Numbered from the stretch's first letter, positions 1-11,773 are shown. The stretch: DNA of 64,000 nt from Gekko japonicus (GCF_001447785.1 NW_015164305.1:1-64000), one strand, 5' to 3'. Notes: generated from the letters alone by a model not told the origin. Made by a program: numbers and translations.

Positions 1-36
1 CATTTAGATCCGACTTTTACCCAGACCCCGAGGGTG

Positions 37-120
37 GCAACAAATTTAGAGTCCACTTGGCACCTTTAAGACCAAGAAAGGTTTATTCAAGGCATGAGCT
101 TTCGCGTGCACGCACACCTT
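37..120 (-). mobile_element. Penelope-like element terminal-repeat fragment (one arm)
   Basis: Matches the arm of the hairpin element at 36515-36735 (gagtccacttggcacctttaagacca...ttattcaaggcatgagctttcgcgtgcacgcacac). Confidence 0.6.
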
Positions 121-720
121 ACGGGGAACCTGAGTCCCGGCTCCGCTCTCAACAAATCACGCGCAACCTCTGCACTGAAGGAAAGAAACACCTTCTGGCG
201 GAAGGAGCGGAAACGGAGACCACCGCTCGTGCCTCGGCCTCTTTCTCACGCGCAGCCTCCCTGTCAATACCGCTGCTGGAACTCAAGCGCCTGCGCATCG
301 CTCGTCGTCGAAGAGGCGGGCGCGGGCAACTTCGGGCCTTTTTCTTCTGAAGGGGCGGGGAGGAGAGTGAACGAAATTTGGGCCTTTGCATGGATGAGGT
401 GAGCAAAAAAGAAAAAGCGGCCACCGGCCGACTTTGACTGGCATTCTTCCATACGGGTGCTTGGCTCTGCCTTGGCGGCCATCCCGTGCTAGCCAGCCGC
501 TATTTCCGGGGCAGCCTTTCTTTGCTTCCCCCCCCCCCCCCCCCCCCGGTGGGTTTGCCTTGCGTGGTGTTGCGGCGAGAGTGGAAGTCGCAATTGGGGT
601 TTTGTTGTCCTGCACAAAACCCATGTTTTCTCGTCGCCGTGCTCTTCTGCGCCTCTATCCCATTCCCACCCCACTGGTGACCGGGAAAATTTACGCATGA
701 GACTCGGTTCAGGTAGGGTA
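100..720 (+). promoter_or_regulatory. TCEANC: CpG-island promoter and probable non-coding exon 1 of TCEANC
   Basis: CpG/GC-rich with ETS-like cggaag/cggaaa and GC boxes. Candidate donor GAG|GTGAGC at 398/399. Lies 1.3-1.9 kb upstream of the TCEANC coding exon. Confidence 0.65.
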
Positions 721-1997
721 GCAGTGTTGGTCTGAAGCAGCAGAGTACAGCGATTGCTTTAGTGAACAGCTTTGTAAAGCTCAATATAATGCCAACAGTG
801 GTTTCTGAATTACATCGAATAGTAGCAGGAACCTCAGGATTGGATTTCCCAGGTTTGAATTCCTACTGCCTTGGGTCTCCATTGGTGAGAAATGAATTAA
901 ATAAATAAATTGGATTCATCATATTGAGAATCACTGAATCCAAAGAATACTCTTTGTTGTTATCCCTCTGATATCAAACCACACACTCCTGTATTCCTTT
1001 TAGCAGAAGGACACCCGTTTTCATATTTTCATTCTCCTATGAGAGGAGCTTTCCTTGATTGGCACTACAATTTTCTACAGCTGCTAAAACAGCTACCATG
1101 GTATCCCGTTCTTGGTTATACTTCAATGATATCACAGGGGAAAATTATATAAATATATCTAATTCTGAACATGGCCCTGAACATGGCCCTGAAATGTGGA
1201 TCAAAAAGTCTACACTGTGGGTCCATGTCCAGATTTTTTTTTGGGGGGGGGGGGTTCTGCAAACCAACCTCCCCCAAACTTAATAAAAAGAATTGGAAGG
1301 CTACATACAGAAGCGCTGTCAAATAGCAACTGACTTATGAATGCCCCAGCAAAGGGCTCTCAAGCCACATGAGAAGCAAAGGTGGTTTGCCAGTGCCTTC
1401 CATCTGCGGAGCCTTCCACTGCTTAGCTTATAAGATCTTACAAGAATGGGCTGTACCATGCCACTTTCCCTCCCATTCAAGGAGTAGCCCTCCAAATAGA
1501 GGACATTGACTAAAATATTGTGAGATCACAGTTTGCACTGTGGGATTGCCTGGCAACTGAAGCGGTAGAGCTTAAGCCTAGGCAAGTCCACCCTGATTGC
1601 AGCTTGGAAGAAAGCAGCAGCAAGGAGAGGGAGACAAAGGAGGGAGGGAGCTAGTGGGGGCTAGTAAGAGAAGAGGGGGCAGTGTGGAAGGTGGGATTTC
1701 CCTACCCTCTGAGTTTTGCAGGTCCCCAGCTTGCACTTGTTTAATGGTAACCTACAGATTTCCTTAAAAGTAAGCCCATGGTGTTCAGTAGTTTTACAAA
1801 TGTGCCCTGAAAGCATTAAGCATTAGAAGACATACAGTACTGCAATAACTATTCTTTTTAACAAAACAGTTATACCTTAGGAAACTTCATTATCTGATTT
1901 TTTAAAAAATCTTAACTTCTGCTGTATACTTGTTTACCTTAATACAAAATTATAGTGACTGTAGAAAAAATATGCTACTTTCATTTCAGGATTTGAA

Positions 1998-3059
1998 ATG
2001 TCTAACAAGACAATTATTGCAAGTAAAGCTGATTGTATAGAGAAACTGCTATCTGAAAAAAATTACCAAAATATTAGCAGTCATCTTGTTTACCTTGAAG
2101 CTGCTGATATGACTGTGGACTGCCTCCAGGAGACTGACATTGCCAAAGCTGTGTACAGAATCCTCAAGAACTGCCCCTCTGTGGTACTGAAAAATAAGGC
2201 AAAGCATTTACTTTCAAAGTGGAAAACACTTTACAAGAATCATCTTTGTCAATCAGAACAAGTTAAGCCAGTGTTGTCAGATAATGGAAAAGAGAGTTCT
2301 GATCACTTTCTAGTGATTCTGAAAGATGCAAACTCTTCTGAAAAACTAACTCAAAATGAAATATTAAGCACCACCAGTTCCGCTAGTTGCTTGCCATCAG
2401 AAAGCCACTCCAAAGATACAGAAATTACTGTGCAGAAGGATTATATGATTCAGCCTATGCTTCTGGAGCACTCTGGGCCTGTTAATGAAATAAACTCTCA
2501 TCAGGATCACATGGCAGCTATGAGATATAAATGTACAAAACTTCTTTATGAAGCTTTGATTGACTCTTCAACAAGTAATGAAGATACAGACCGGCATCAT
2601 AACATAGCTAAAGACATTGAACAGCATATTTTTGAACTTTATGCTAAGAATGATAAAAAATACAAAAACTGTATTCGAAGCAAAGTTTCCAACTTAAAGA
2701 ATCCTAAAAATTCTCACTTAAGACGTGGTCTGTTTGAAGGGACTCTGAATCCAAACGCATTTGCTAATATGTCTGTGATGGAAATGGCACATGATGAACT
2801 GAAGCATCTCAGAGCTTCCTACACAGAATCATCTGTTCGTGAACATCAGCTCCCCCAAATTACTAATGGTACTCATACAAACAAAATAAAATGTAGACGA
2901 TGTGAAAAATTTGATTGCACTGTGACTGTGATTGCCAGGGGAGCGCTTTTCCTTCCTAGTTGGGTGCGAAATACAAATGCAGATGAACAGATGATGACTT
3001 ATGTGATTTGTAATGGGTGTGGAGAGCAGTGGTACCACAGCAGATGGATTTGTTTGTGA
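1998..3059 (+). CDS. TCEANC: Transcription elongation factor A N-terminal and central domain-containing protein (353 aa, single coding exon)
   Basis: TFIIS N domain (LQETDIAKAVYRIL...AKHLLSKWK), central domain (KYKNCIRSKVSNLKNPKN...MSVMEMAHDELK) and C-terminal Zn ribbon (CRRC...CNGC). Acceptor tttcag ends at 1989. Syntenic with RAB9A. Confidence 0.95.
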   Translation: MSNKTIIASKADCIEKLLSEKNYQNISSHLVYLEAADMTVDCLQETDIAKAVYRILKNCPSVVLKNKAKHLLSKWKTLYKNHLCQSEQVKPVLSDNGKESSDHFLVILKDANSSEKLTQNEILSTTSSASCLPSESHSKDTEITVQKDYMIQPMLLEHSGPVNEINSHQDHMAAMRYKCTKLLYEALIDSSTSNEDTDRHHNIAKDIEQHIFELYAKNDKKYKNCIRSKVSNLKNPKNSHLRRGLFEGTLNPNAFANMSVMEMAHDELKHLRASYTESSVREHQLPQITNGTHTNKIKCRRCEKFDCTVTVIARGALFLPSWVRNTNADEQMMTYVICNGCGEQWYHSRWICL

Positions 3060-3566
3060 TTGTGCATCTTCAGAGGAGATAAATATAGAAAGTTACCAAA
3101 ATAAAATACCTAAAAATGGAAACATTTAAAATGCTTGCAGTGAAATAAAAATGGTTTGATCAATATGGAAGAGTATTAAAGAACTACTTGGCATATAGAA
3201 ATCATCAGTCACAAACTTTTGTGTACTGTTCTGCAGTGAACATTATTGTTGTACCATCAAATTACAGATGAAATATTTTCAAGAACCTGAGTGATTTTTG
3301 CCCCAAATATTACTCTCACTATAAGTCCAAATGAACTGATAGAGTACCTTGAAAATGTCTGTCTGTAAAAATATCCTGCTGCTTTTTGGCAATTTGAGGC
3401 AGGAGGAAGGATGCCAAAATGTTTACGATGGGGAAAATATATCTATTTATTTATTTTATTAGATTTATATACCGCCCTCCCCAATGGGCTCAGGGCGGTG
3501 TACAACAGTTAAATATACAGTTAAATATACAGTTGAAACATATCTATGCAGTATGGCAAGACAGCA

Positions 3567-4628
3567 CACCTGGGTGTTCTCTTCCAGTATAACAACAGCT
3601 GGACAGGCCAGAGGAAACAAGCAATAAACCTGGCCAAAGACAGCCTCTCCACAATTGTTAGGTTTTGTTACACGAAGGGCAACCAATTTTTCCCCGCTGC
3701 TGTACGACTCTTTTAACGCCAAGGTTGTGTCCCAAATTCTGTATGGGATCCCACTGCTCCTTTAATATGTTGAGCAGACCCAGGCAATGTTTTTGCGGCA
3801 TATCCTAGGAGTGCCAAATTGTGTAAGCTATGCAGCCATGTGCCTGGAGACAGGATAACATTTTCTTGGGACCAGAGCCTGGCTATCAACTTTAAAATTT
3901 TGGTTACGTCTCCACTTCAGAACAAAATCTAATAGCTATGTTCACCTCCTGCTGTCTGACACATTTATGTCCAACTGGACAAACTCAGTTTTGAAAAAAA
4001 CACAATAAATTGGCATTTCCCTTGACTCCCTGCTTCTGTCAGGTGAATCTCAAGTTTTTAGGTCCTTGAGGCAGAGAATGTTTGATATTGAAAAACAAAC
4101 TCTGTTCTGGACAGATAGTTACTAATGGTACCCTTCCCCTCTGAAGTTTAACATAACTTTGAGAAATGGGCTTATAGCTGATTGTTTTTTACAGCTCACC
4201 ACTCCATCACTAAGATGAGCTTTTATGGTAGCACGCTTTGATGCCCTACCATCAGAGGTCCTTTATAGTAGATTTGCCAATACCCCCTCCCTTGAAAGGA
4301 CCTGACCATGTAACAGTAGGAACCCAGAATCGATTGCTCACGTCTTGCTTAGCTGTGAATTTTATAGTAGGATTCGGGATGTTCTAATCAGCCCCCTCCT
4401 GCACAATAAGCATAGTCTATCTGAAGAGAGACGTATATCTTTCTTTTCATCAGATCGTCCTCACATTACTTTCTCAGTAGTGCGATTTCTATCGCTATGA
4501 GGGTAAGAGAATAGAAGGTCAAAGCTCTGGTGGGTTGACTTTTATATTTATATATTTTTGACATGCATTTTAAAATGTGATCCATGCTGTATTTTATCCA
4601 TGCCAATAAAGGTTGACTGACTGACTGA
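3567..4628 (+). mobile_element. 5'-truncated RTE-X-like LINE with TSD
   Basis: Degenerate ORF2 C-terminus (HLGVLF...ARFDALPS...SIAHVLLSC), aataaa plus (GACT)n tail, and TSD caagacagca at 3557-3566 and 4629-4638. Confidence 0.75.
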
Positions 4629-4914
4629 CAAGACAGCAAACACCTCTGTGATTGCTTTTATGACACTCATCACAGTCACGACAATGTTGCTGATTGACTG
4701 GGATAGGAATTGCATCATGTTGTGGCTGCGAACATGGGAAAAATGCAAAAGGAACAATGTAGGCGGGTTTACTCTTAGGAAACTGTTCTCAGGACTGTAC
4801 TGTATGGGTCCTCTTCCTAGTTCACACAGTTTAGTCTCCCATGTTCTGCCAGATCTTTTATCTTGCTCTTAAAATTCTCTGGAAGTTGTCTCATTTTTGC
4901 AGTAAAAGAGTACT

Positions 4915-5017
4915 TTTTTTACAGTAAGAGTTGTTCAATGAGGGGGAGGTGGTGAGCTCCCCCTCATTGGCAGTCTTTAAGCAGTGGCTAGACAAACACT
5001 TGTCAGGGATGCTCTAA
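4915..5017 (+). mobile_element. CR1 3' fragment
   Basis: Similar to the CR1 3' ends at 33740-33840 and 14040-14150. Confidence 0.65.
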
Positions 5018-6299
5018 TATGTTTGTACCCGCCAAAAGTCTTCAGTTCTAACTCAAGTGACTTTCTGGATCTTGCATACAACTCAATAAACTTTCACTGC
5101 CTAAAGAGAGTTGTTGAGTGTAACTGAACTGGGGGTCTGACAGGCTACAATGTGAAGCATTCTTTTCTTTTGTGAAACTAGAATTCATCTGGTTATAAAT
5201 ATTTTGAAATTTAAAACCAATCTATCATTTCTTTAAAGGCTGTAATTGAAAGCAAGTGCAATTTTTACTAAAATGGAACCATGATATTATAATATAATAT
5301 TATGAGCCTGCTTGCGGGGAGGATGGGATACAAGACCAATAAAAATAAGTAATATTATTTCCAGCCAGGTGAGTAGGTTTATGGGTACATTTTGAGTGAT
5401 TATTCCTGCATGGTTTGGTTCCAGACTATTGTGAGCGGAATTAAAACGGCTGAGAGTGTCATTCCATGAGCACTAAGAGAAGAGTTCATGCACTGCTACC
5501 ATAGCTCCAATTCTATACAAGCTTTCATGGTTTCTCCTTAAGAACTTTTGCAATCCACATATTTTCTGGTAGCATGCTCTACTGATGTATAGACCAGGCA
5601 TGACCGAAGACACCTTCTTTGAATACCTGAAGTTATCTTTGAAGCCTATTCTTTATCATTTCAAAAACAGGGCAGAAGGTAAGGCAAGGCTGCAGGATCA
5701 GTGTGAAATAGTGGCTGGAGTTTCATGCTAGGCCCTGGGAGAGCCAGATTCAAATCCCCAAGTGTGAAGCCATTTGTGGGATCTTCTGTCAGTCTCGGCA
5801 ATAAAGCGATACCTATGTAAGTAAGAGGGTAGACTAAAAATTAAAAACAGAAGGGCTACATAAACGATCAAGGCTGAAGTGTGATTTTTAACAGCCTTCC
5901 CTCTACTTGATCTTGTGAATAATGGAAAAAATGTTTTTGAAATGACTTAGAGAATATCGTGCTGTGAACCCACAGTACTCTGAGGGTCCTGGTAAAATGT
6001 ATTCATTTCCCCCACTTGCTGGTGGGTAGGACCGACGTGTATAAGAGCTGTCACTTTAACAACTTTGTAATAATACTGAAAGGTGGACACTTTTTCTTGT
6101 GTGTTACTGCAGGAATGGAGAAAGCTTCACTTGTTGAGTCTGGTGAGAGATGTAAAAGTGATTGCACTGCTTGGGAACAGTGACCATAATGTTATTGAGT
6201 TCAACTTTTGTATAAATAGGGAGTTGCCCAAAAAACCCCAACACAACCACTTTTAACTTTAAAGGGGGTAACTTCTCTGAAATGAAGGGGACATGTGAG

Positions 6300-6590
6300 G
6301 AGGAAACTGAAAGGAAAAGTAGAAAGGGTCAAAACCATTGGGGAAGCTTGGAGACTATTTAAAACTACAATCCTAGAAGCTCAGATAAAATATATTCCAC
6401 AAGTTAGGAAACTTCTAACGACTGGGGGGATGACATGATCAAGGTTTACAAGATTATGCATGGGTAGAGCAGGTAGAGAAGTATTTTCTCCCTTTCTCAC
6501 AATACAAGAATACAATGAAATTGCTGAGCAGTTGGTTTAGAACGGATAAAAAGAAGTACTTCACCCAAAGAGTGATTAACACATGGAAGG
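6300..6590 (+). mobile_element. Internally deleted CR1 fragment
   Basis: 3' part matches the CR1 at 30343-30938 (gacatgat...agaacggataaaaagaagtacttc...caaagagtgatta). Confidence 0.65.
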
Positions 6591-6751
6591 GATGTACTAA
6601 AACGAAGGACAGGATTGCCCAATGGAAAAAATGGGAGCCAGGAATACCAATTGACTTGCATGGGCTCCATTGAAATACATTATAGTACAAGTAGAGTTGC
6701 AATAAAAATGTGGAATGGATTTTCCATTAGGGTCTCAAGGCCCAAATACAC

Positions 6752-7573
6752 TACTCTGGGGATGGAATGAGAGACCATGCAGTGGAATGACAGCCCCTGG
6801 GAGTAACAGAAGTGTTCTTGGACTGGAATAAGAGACCACACAGTGGAATGACAGCCCCAGGGTGGAGCAGGAGTGTTCTGGGACTGGGGTGACACGCCAC
6901 GGAGTGGAATGACAGCCGTAGGGTGTAGCAGGAGTGTTCTGGGACTGGGATGACAGGCCACGGAGTGGAATGACAGCCCCAGGTTGTAACAGGCATGTTC
7001 TATGACAAACAGGAGACCACAGAGTGGAATGACAGCCCCAGGGTATAGCAGGAGTGTTCAGAGACTGGAATGAGAGACCACGGAGTGGAATGACAGCCCC
7101 AGGGTGGAGCAGGAGTGTTCAGGGACTGGAATGACAGGTCCCGGAGTGGAATGAAAGCCCCAGGGTGGAGCAGGAGTGTTCAGGGCCTGGGATGACAGGC
7201 CACAGAGTGGAATCATAGCCCCAGGGTGGAGCAGGAGTGTTCTGGGACTGCGGTGAGAGACCATAGAGTGGAATTAGAGTCCCAGGGTGTAGCAGGAGTG
7301 TTCTGGAACTGGGATGACAGGTCCCAGAGTGGAATGAAAGCCCCAGGGTGTAGCAGGAATGTTTTGTGACTGGAATGAGAGGCCCCAGAGTGGAATGACA
7401 CCCCAGGGTGTAGCAGGAGTGTTCAGGGACTCGAATGATGGGCCTCAGAATGGAATGACAGCCCCAGGGCGTAGCAGGAGGGTTTTGGGAATGGAATGAG
7501 AGACCACGGAGTGGAATGACAGCCCCAGGGTGAAGGAGGAGTGTGCATGGACTAGAATGAGAGACCACGGAGT
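6752..7573. repeat. Minisatellite, ~61-bp unit x ~13.5 copies
   Basis: Unit ~gggactggaatgagagaccacggagtggaatgacagccccagggtgtagcaggagtgttct. gtggaat recurs at 6782, 6843, 6904, 6965, 7024, 7085, 7146 and onward. Confidence 0.95.
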
Positions 7574-8130
7574 CATACATATACATAGACCTTTATTGGC
7601 ATAACACAAGAACAATAAGGAAGGCAATGGAACAAATAAATTAATAGAACAAATTAATAGATCATAACAAGTTACATCAAGTTACACCAACAGGGGATCA
7701 TTTTTAAGCTTCTCAAGAATAGTGAACTCAGTTTAAAAAATATAACAATCCAAATGAGCACAAGGGGGATTAAGACTTATGCGCCCTTACCCTTAGCTTC
7801 CAAACATAAGCTAAGAATTCAGCAACAGACAGGGTAATTGCTGAGAACTTATCAAACAATAGAATTTTAAGATCATTGTCAGTCGAATTCCTTGTGGAAG
7901 GTAAGTGGGGACTGATCAAATAGCTGCGCATGGTAGAGTATTGGGAACAGCGCAGAAGGATATGAGCAACTGAATCACGTTCACTATAGAGACAACTGCA
8001 GGTTCTATCCCTATAGGGGATACCCCTATATCTGCCTGAAACAACACCCGAAGGAAAGAGATTAAATCTCGCTAGCATAAAAACCCACCGATAAAGTGGA
8101 ATTGTTAGATTAGAGATGTACAAAGCCATA
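7574..8130 (-). mobile_element. RTE-X-like LINE 3' fragment
   Basis: ORF 7770-8129 has ARFNLFPS...RTCSC...SVAHILLRC (CCHC-type), homologous to 4230-4370. Minus-strand gccaataaagg followed by a (TATG)n tail at 7574-7600. Confidence 0.75.
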
Positions 8131-8236
8131 GAGGCTTTGGGGGGAGGGGGGGGAAGAGGTCAAGGAAGCGTGGAGAACAGACTCCAGAACTGCCAGCATT
8201 AATTATTTGGGCTTCCATATCCCGACGACAGTAGGA

Positions 8237-8932
8237 CATCACACACCAGAGGTCATTCTGGCTCCTCCAGCTCTTGTTAGGGGCTCTTTAAATAGTTATG
8301 GCCGCAGCCGCCAGCAGCTGCAATGGGGGGGGGGGGGGGAAGGGTCCCCTCGCCNNNNNNNNNNNNNNNNNNNNNNNNNNNNNNNNNNNNNNNNNNNNNN
8401 NNNNNNNNNNNNNNNNNNNNNNNNNNNNNNNNNNNNNNNNNNNNNNNNNNNNNNNNNNNNNNNNNNNNNNNNNNNNNNNNNNNNNNNNNNNNNAGGGGGG
8501 GGGGGGGGGAGAAACGTTCCTCTGCCTCTATGAGCCCCGGGGTGGTGGCCTTGGACTCCTAGGACCAAATTCCACCTCTCGCGTGTACATCACACACCAG
8601 AGGTCATTCTGGCTCCTCCAGCTCTTGTTAGGGGCTCTTTAAATAGTTATGGCCACCGGAGCAGGCGGCTGCAAGGGGTGGGGGGGGGCGTGGGAGAAAC
8701 GTTCCTCTGCCTCTATGAGCCCCGGGGTGGTGGCCTTGGACTCCTAGGACCAAATTCCACCTCTCGCGTGTACATCACACACCAGAGGTCATTCTGGCTC
8801 CTCCAGCTCTTGTTAGGGGCTCTTTAAATAGTTATGGCCACCGGAGCAGGCGGCTGCAAGGGGTGGGGTGGGGCGTGGGAGAAACGTTCCCCTGCCTCCA
8901 TGAGCCCCGGGGTGGTGGCCTTGCACTCCTAG
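8237..8932. repeat. Tandem repeat, 185-bp unit, >=3 copies, with G-runs
   Basis: catcacacaccagaggtcattctggctcc starts at 8237, 8588 and 8773. Copies are near-identical. Confidence 0.9.
8355..8493. other. Assembly gap (139 N)
   Basis: Run of n flanked by poly-G tracts. Confidence 1.
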
Positions 8933-9059
8933 TGGCAAAAGCCATTGGCTTCTCTTATATTCTTATGTTCAAGTGATAAAAGCATGAAGCTCTCTTGCAC
9001 CTACAACGGTGAACATCTTTTGCTAGCATATAATGAGTTTCCAGAGCTCAACTCCCAGA

Positions 9060-9560
9060 GGTGTGGCCACACCGCGTACGGGTAACTTCCCTGGAACAGC
9101 CGGCGGCGAGCGCACGAACAGCGCCGTCAGCCTGCCGGGCTTACTTCGAGTAAAACGATGAGGGCGGCGAAATCACGCGACCTCCAAACTCCACGCGGCG
9201 AGCCCTCACGTGACATCTGGCCGTTACCTAGCAACGGCCTCTCCCGTCGTGCTGGTCGAAACCCGGCGGGAGACTGGAGGAAGGCGCAGGTTCCCGTCTC
9301 TCCTGATGTCACGTGAAAGTTAGGCTCCTCCCCCTTTAGCGCAGACTCCGCCATGTTGTTTTTCCTCCAGAGTCTCCTGCGCTCTTCTCAGGCAGTGGCG
9401 GCCGCGGGAGTCTCCGACTCCAGTCTCTCCCCTCCCCCTTTTCCGCCGCTCTGTTTGGGAAGGTGAGTGCGGCCGCAGCGCTTCATCGTGTCGCTGTCCC
9501 GGGCGGGTGGGAGGGAATACGTCTGGCTGTTTCATTCCGAGGACTGAACATGCATGGCTT
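9060..9560 (+). promoter_or_regulatory. RAB9A: RAB9A CpG-island promoter and exon 1 (donor 9462/9463)
   Basis: CpG-rich. TCACGTGA E-boxes at 9206 and 9309, X-box GTTACCTAGCAAC at 9223-9235, YY1 motif CCGCCATGTT at 9348-9357, and strong donor AAG|GTGAGT. Confidence 0.8.
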
Positions 9561-11501
9561 CACTTCCAGCGATGCTGCCGCTTGGAAGTTGGCTTGTATT
9601 TGCTCGCTTCTTGAGTTTATCGGAAGGCTCGGGGTGGATGCTGGGCTCAGGTATCAGCCTGCCCTTGCCTTGATTCTGGCTATTCTTATTATTTTTTTAA
9701 AATGACGTTTGGCTTTGGGGTGTGGCTCGACTCGTCTTTTGGCCTTGTTGCAAAAGAGTGGATAGTGTTTGCAGAGTAACTGAGCGAGACCTCCTTACTC
9801 GACCGCCCGGGCTGAAGTTCGGTTCCCGTTTATTTAGGTAAAACTCTCGTTGTCATCTACGAGACTTCCTGCCAAGTTCAGGGAGAAGGGAGTATTAGGT
9901 TAAGAGGCAAACCCCCCCTCCCAAAAAACCCCCTTCCTCCTCTGGTCTGTAATTCAGTTTTCTTGGCTCTGCATTATTTCGAAAGGTTTCTTCCTTGAGA
10001 AGTTTCTTCGTTTGAATCGGAGCACTCTGGCTCTCAAGCTGCTGGTCTCTACTTTGTTCGTTCTTTCTTTCTTTGACTTGTAAATGTGGTGTGATTACGG
10101 ATCCCGTGACTCTGGGACAGATTGCAGTTCAGTTAAGAAAAAGCTTCTCTAATATGCTTCTCAGCTGACACAAGGCCAATTTGTCTCCAGGGCTGTTTCT
10201 CAGTCCTGATTAAAATCAGTGGCCTGTCAGAAAACATCTCTGTTTCTTATGTATGACCCCTTTGTCTTTTTCACCTTTCATGTGGGAAATCCCCTGCCTT
10301 CCCATTTGAGAAGAGATTGAAAGTCAAGCTCCTTAATCTGCATGTGGTAATGATAAGTGAGTCTGAACAAATGTCATTTCCTTCTAGTTCTGCACCAAAC
10401 CGGAAAAGTGCCTTTGCTTGTTCTCTTGATATATGCCAAGTGAAATAAGGTAGTAGGGCCAATCAGTGAAGGAGGACAACTAGACAACTCTTGGGAATCA
10501 GCCTATTTTTATATTGATCCTACCAAAGTGTTGAATGAGAAAATGCAGTCTGTTTCCAAGATGTTTGAAACATTTTTTCAAGAGCACCGTGTGTTGGAAA
10601 ACTACCTGAGGTAGCTGAACAAACTTTCTGGTATAGAAAGAGCTACACTGATTTCTACTCAGTCTTCTTGAGGACAAAAATCAGCCGTCCCATTTTGTGA
10701 CCATGTGATCAAATATTCCAGTTTCCTTGGTGGGTTCCCTGTTCTTAGAGGATGGGGAAGGAGTCAGGGAAGAGTACTTGACTACTTCACTAGGGTACTT
10801 GCTCTGTTTCTTAACTGTGGTTACAGTTAGAAGGTCTTTCCTAATTCTTAAACTAAATGTACCCCATTGCAACTTAAATCCTTAACTGGACAACTTCTGA
10901 AATACTTCAGCGGGTTAAGTGGGAGTGAAAAACTTTGCTCTCACCTGCAAATCTCTCTGTCCAGGAAGGGTGCAGGAATCCAGCAAACCTACTAATAAAG
11001 CGGCCTCATGTTATCCCATGCCACACAACCTGAGCTGATACTAGTTTGAGTACTTTTGAATTAAAATGTTTATGCATAGGCTGGTATATAGACATTTGAA
11101 AATAGTTTTCCAGCTGTATGTACAATATAGGTGGGATTTACTAACAGAAGTGAGCAGATTGTGCCTGTCACTAGAACCTGCCAATTTTGGGGAAGAAATT
11201 CTTCCTAGTGTGTAATGGAGTAGGGGGAAGATCACAGCAGGAGGCACAGGCCTGCTTGCCTATAGTTAACATTTTACTAACAGTATGTGATGTTGAGCTA
11301 CAGGTGAGGCTGTGGTGGAGGATTCAGAAGCCCCTCCAGTTCACATAGTAATGAAGTGTTTCCAGGCCATCCCCCTTTCCTCATGCCTCTTAATTCAAGT
11401 AATGACTGTAAAGATTAATGTTGTGTTCTTTTATGCTTTGTTCTTTATGTAAAAGTTTCCATGTTGTTAAGACCTATATCTAAATAAATTTAATCTGTTA
11501 T

Positions 11502-11773
11502 CAGTTTGGTGTAGTAGTTAAGTGTGCGGACTCTAATCTGGGAGAACCGGGTTTGATTCCCCACTCCTCCACTTGCACCTGCTGATGTGACCTTGGGTCA
11601 GTCACAAGCTCTGGCACAGCTGTCCTTGGAAAAGAGCAGTTTGTGTCAGAGTTCTCTCAGCCCCACCCACCTCACAGGGTGTCTGTTGTGGGGAGGGGAA
11701 GGTAAAGGAGTTTGTAAGCCGCTCTGAGACTCCAAGTGAAGGGCGGGGTATAAATCCAATCTCTTCTTCTTCT
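11502..11773 (+). mobile_element. tRNA-derived SINE (Squam3-like)
   Basis: A box tggtgtagtagtt, B box ggtttgattcc, L2-like tail gggcggggtataaat plus (TCT)n. Multiple copies in the window. Confidence 0.85.

Noticed and set aside
57-784. Overlapping ORFs in CpG islands (also 9127-9705 and 37441-38332)
   Set aside because: Expected from GC-rich, stop-poor promoter DNA; no recognisable protein motifs.
6752-7573. CRISPR-like regularly spaced repeats
   Set aside because: The whole 61-bp unit repeats with no unique spacers, there are no cas genes, and the context is vertebrate. It is a minisatellite, and the ORFs across it are artefacts.
11502-11575. tRNA gene
   Set aside because: The A/B boxes belong to a multi-copy SINE head followed by SINE body and tail.
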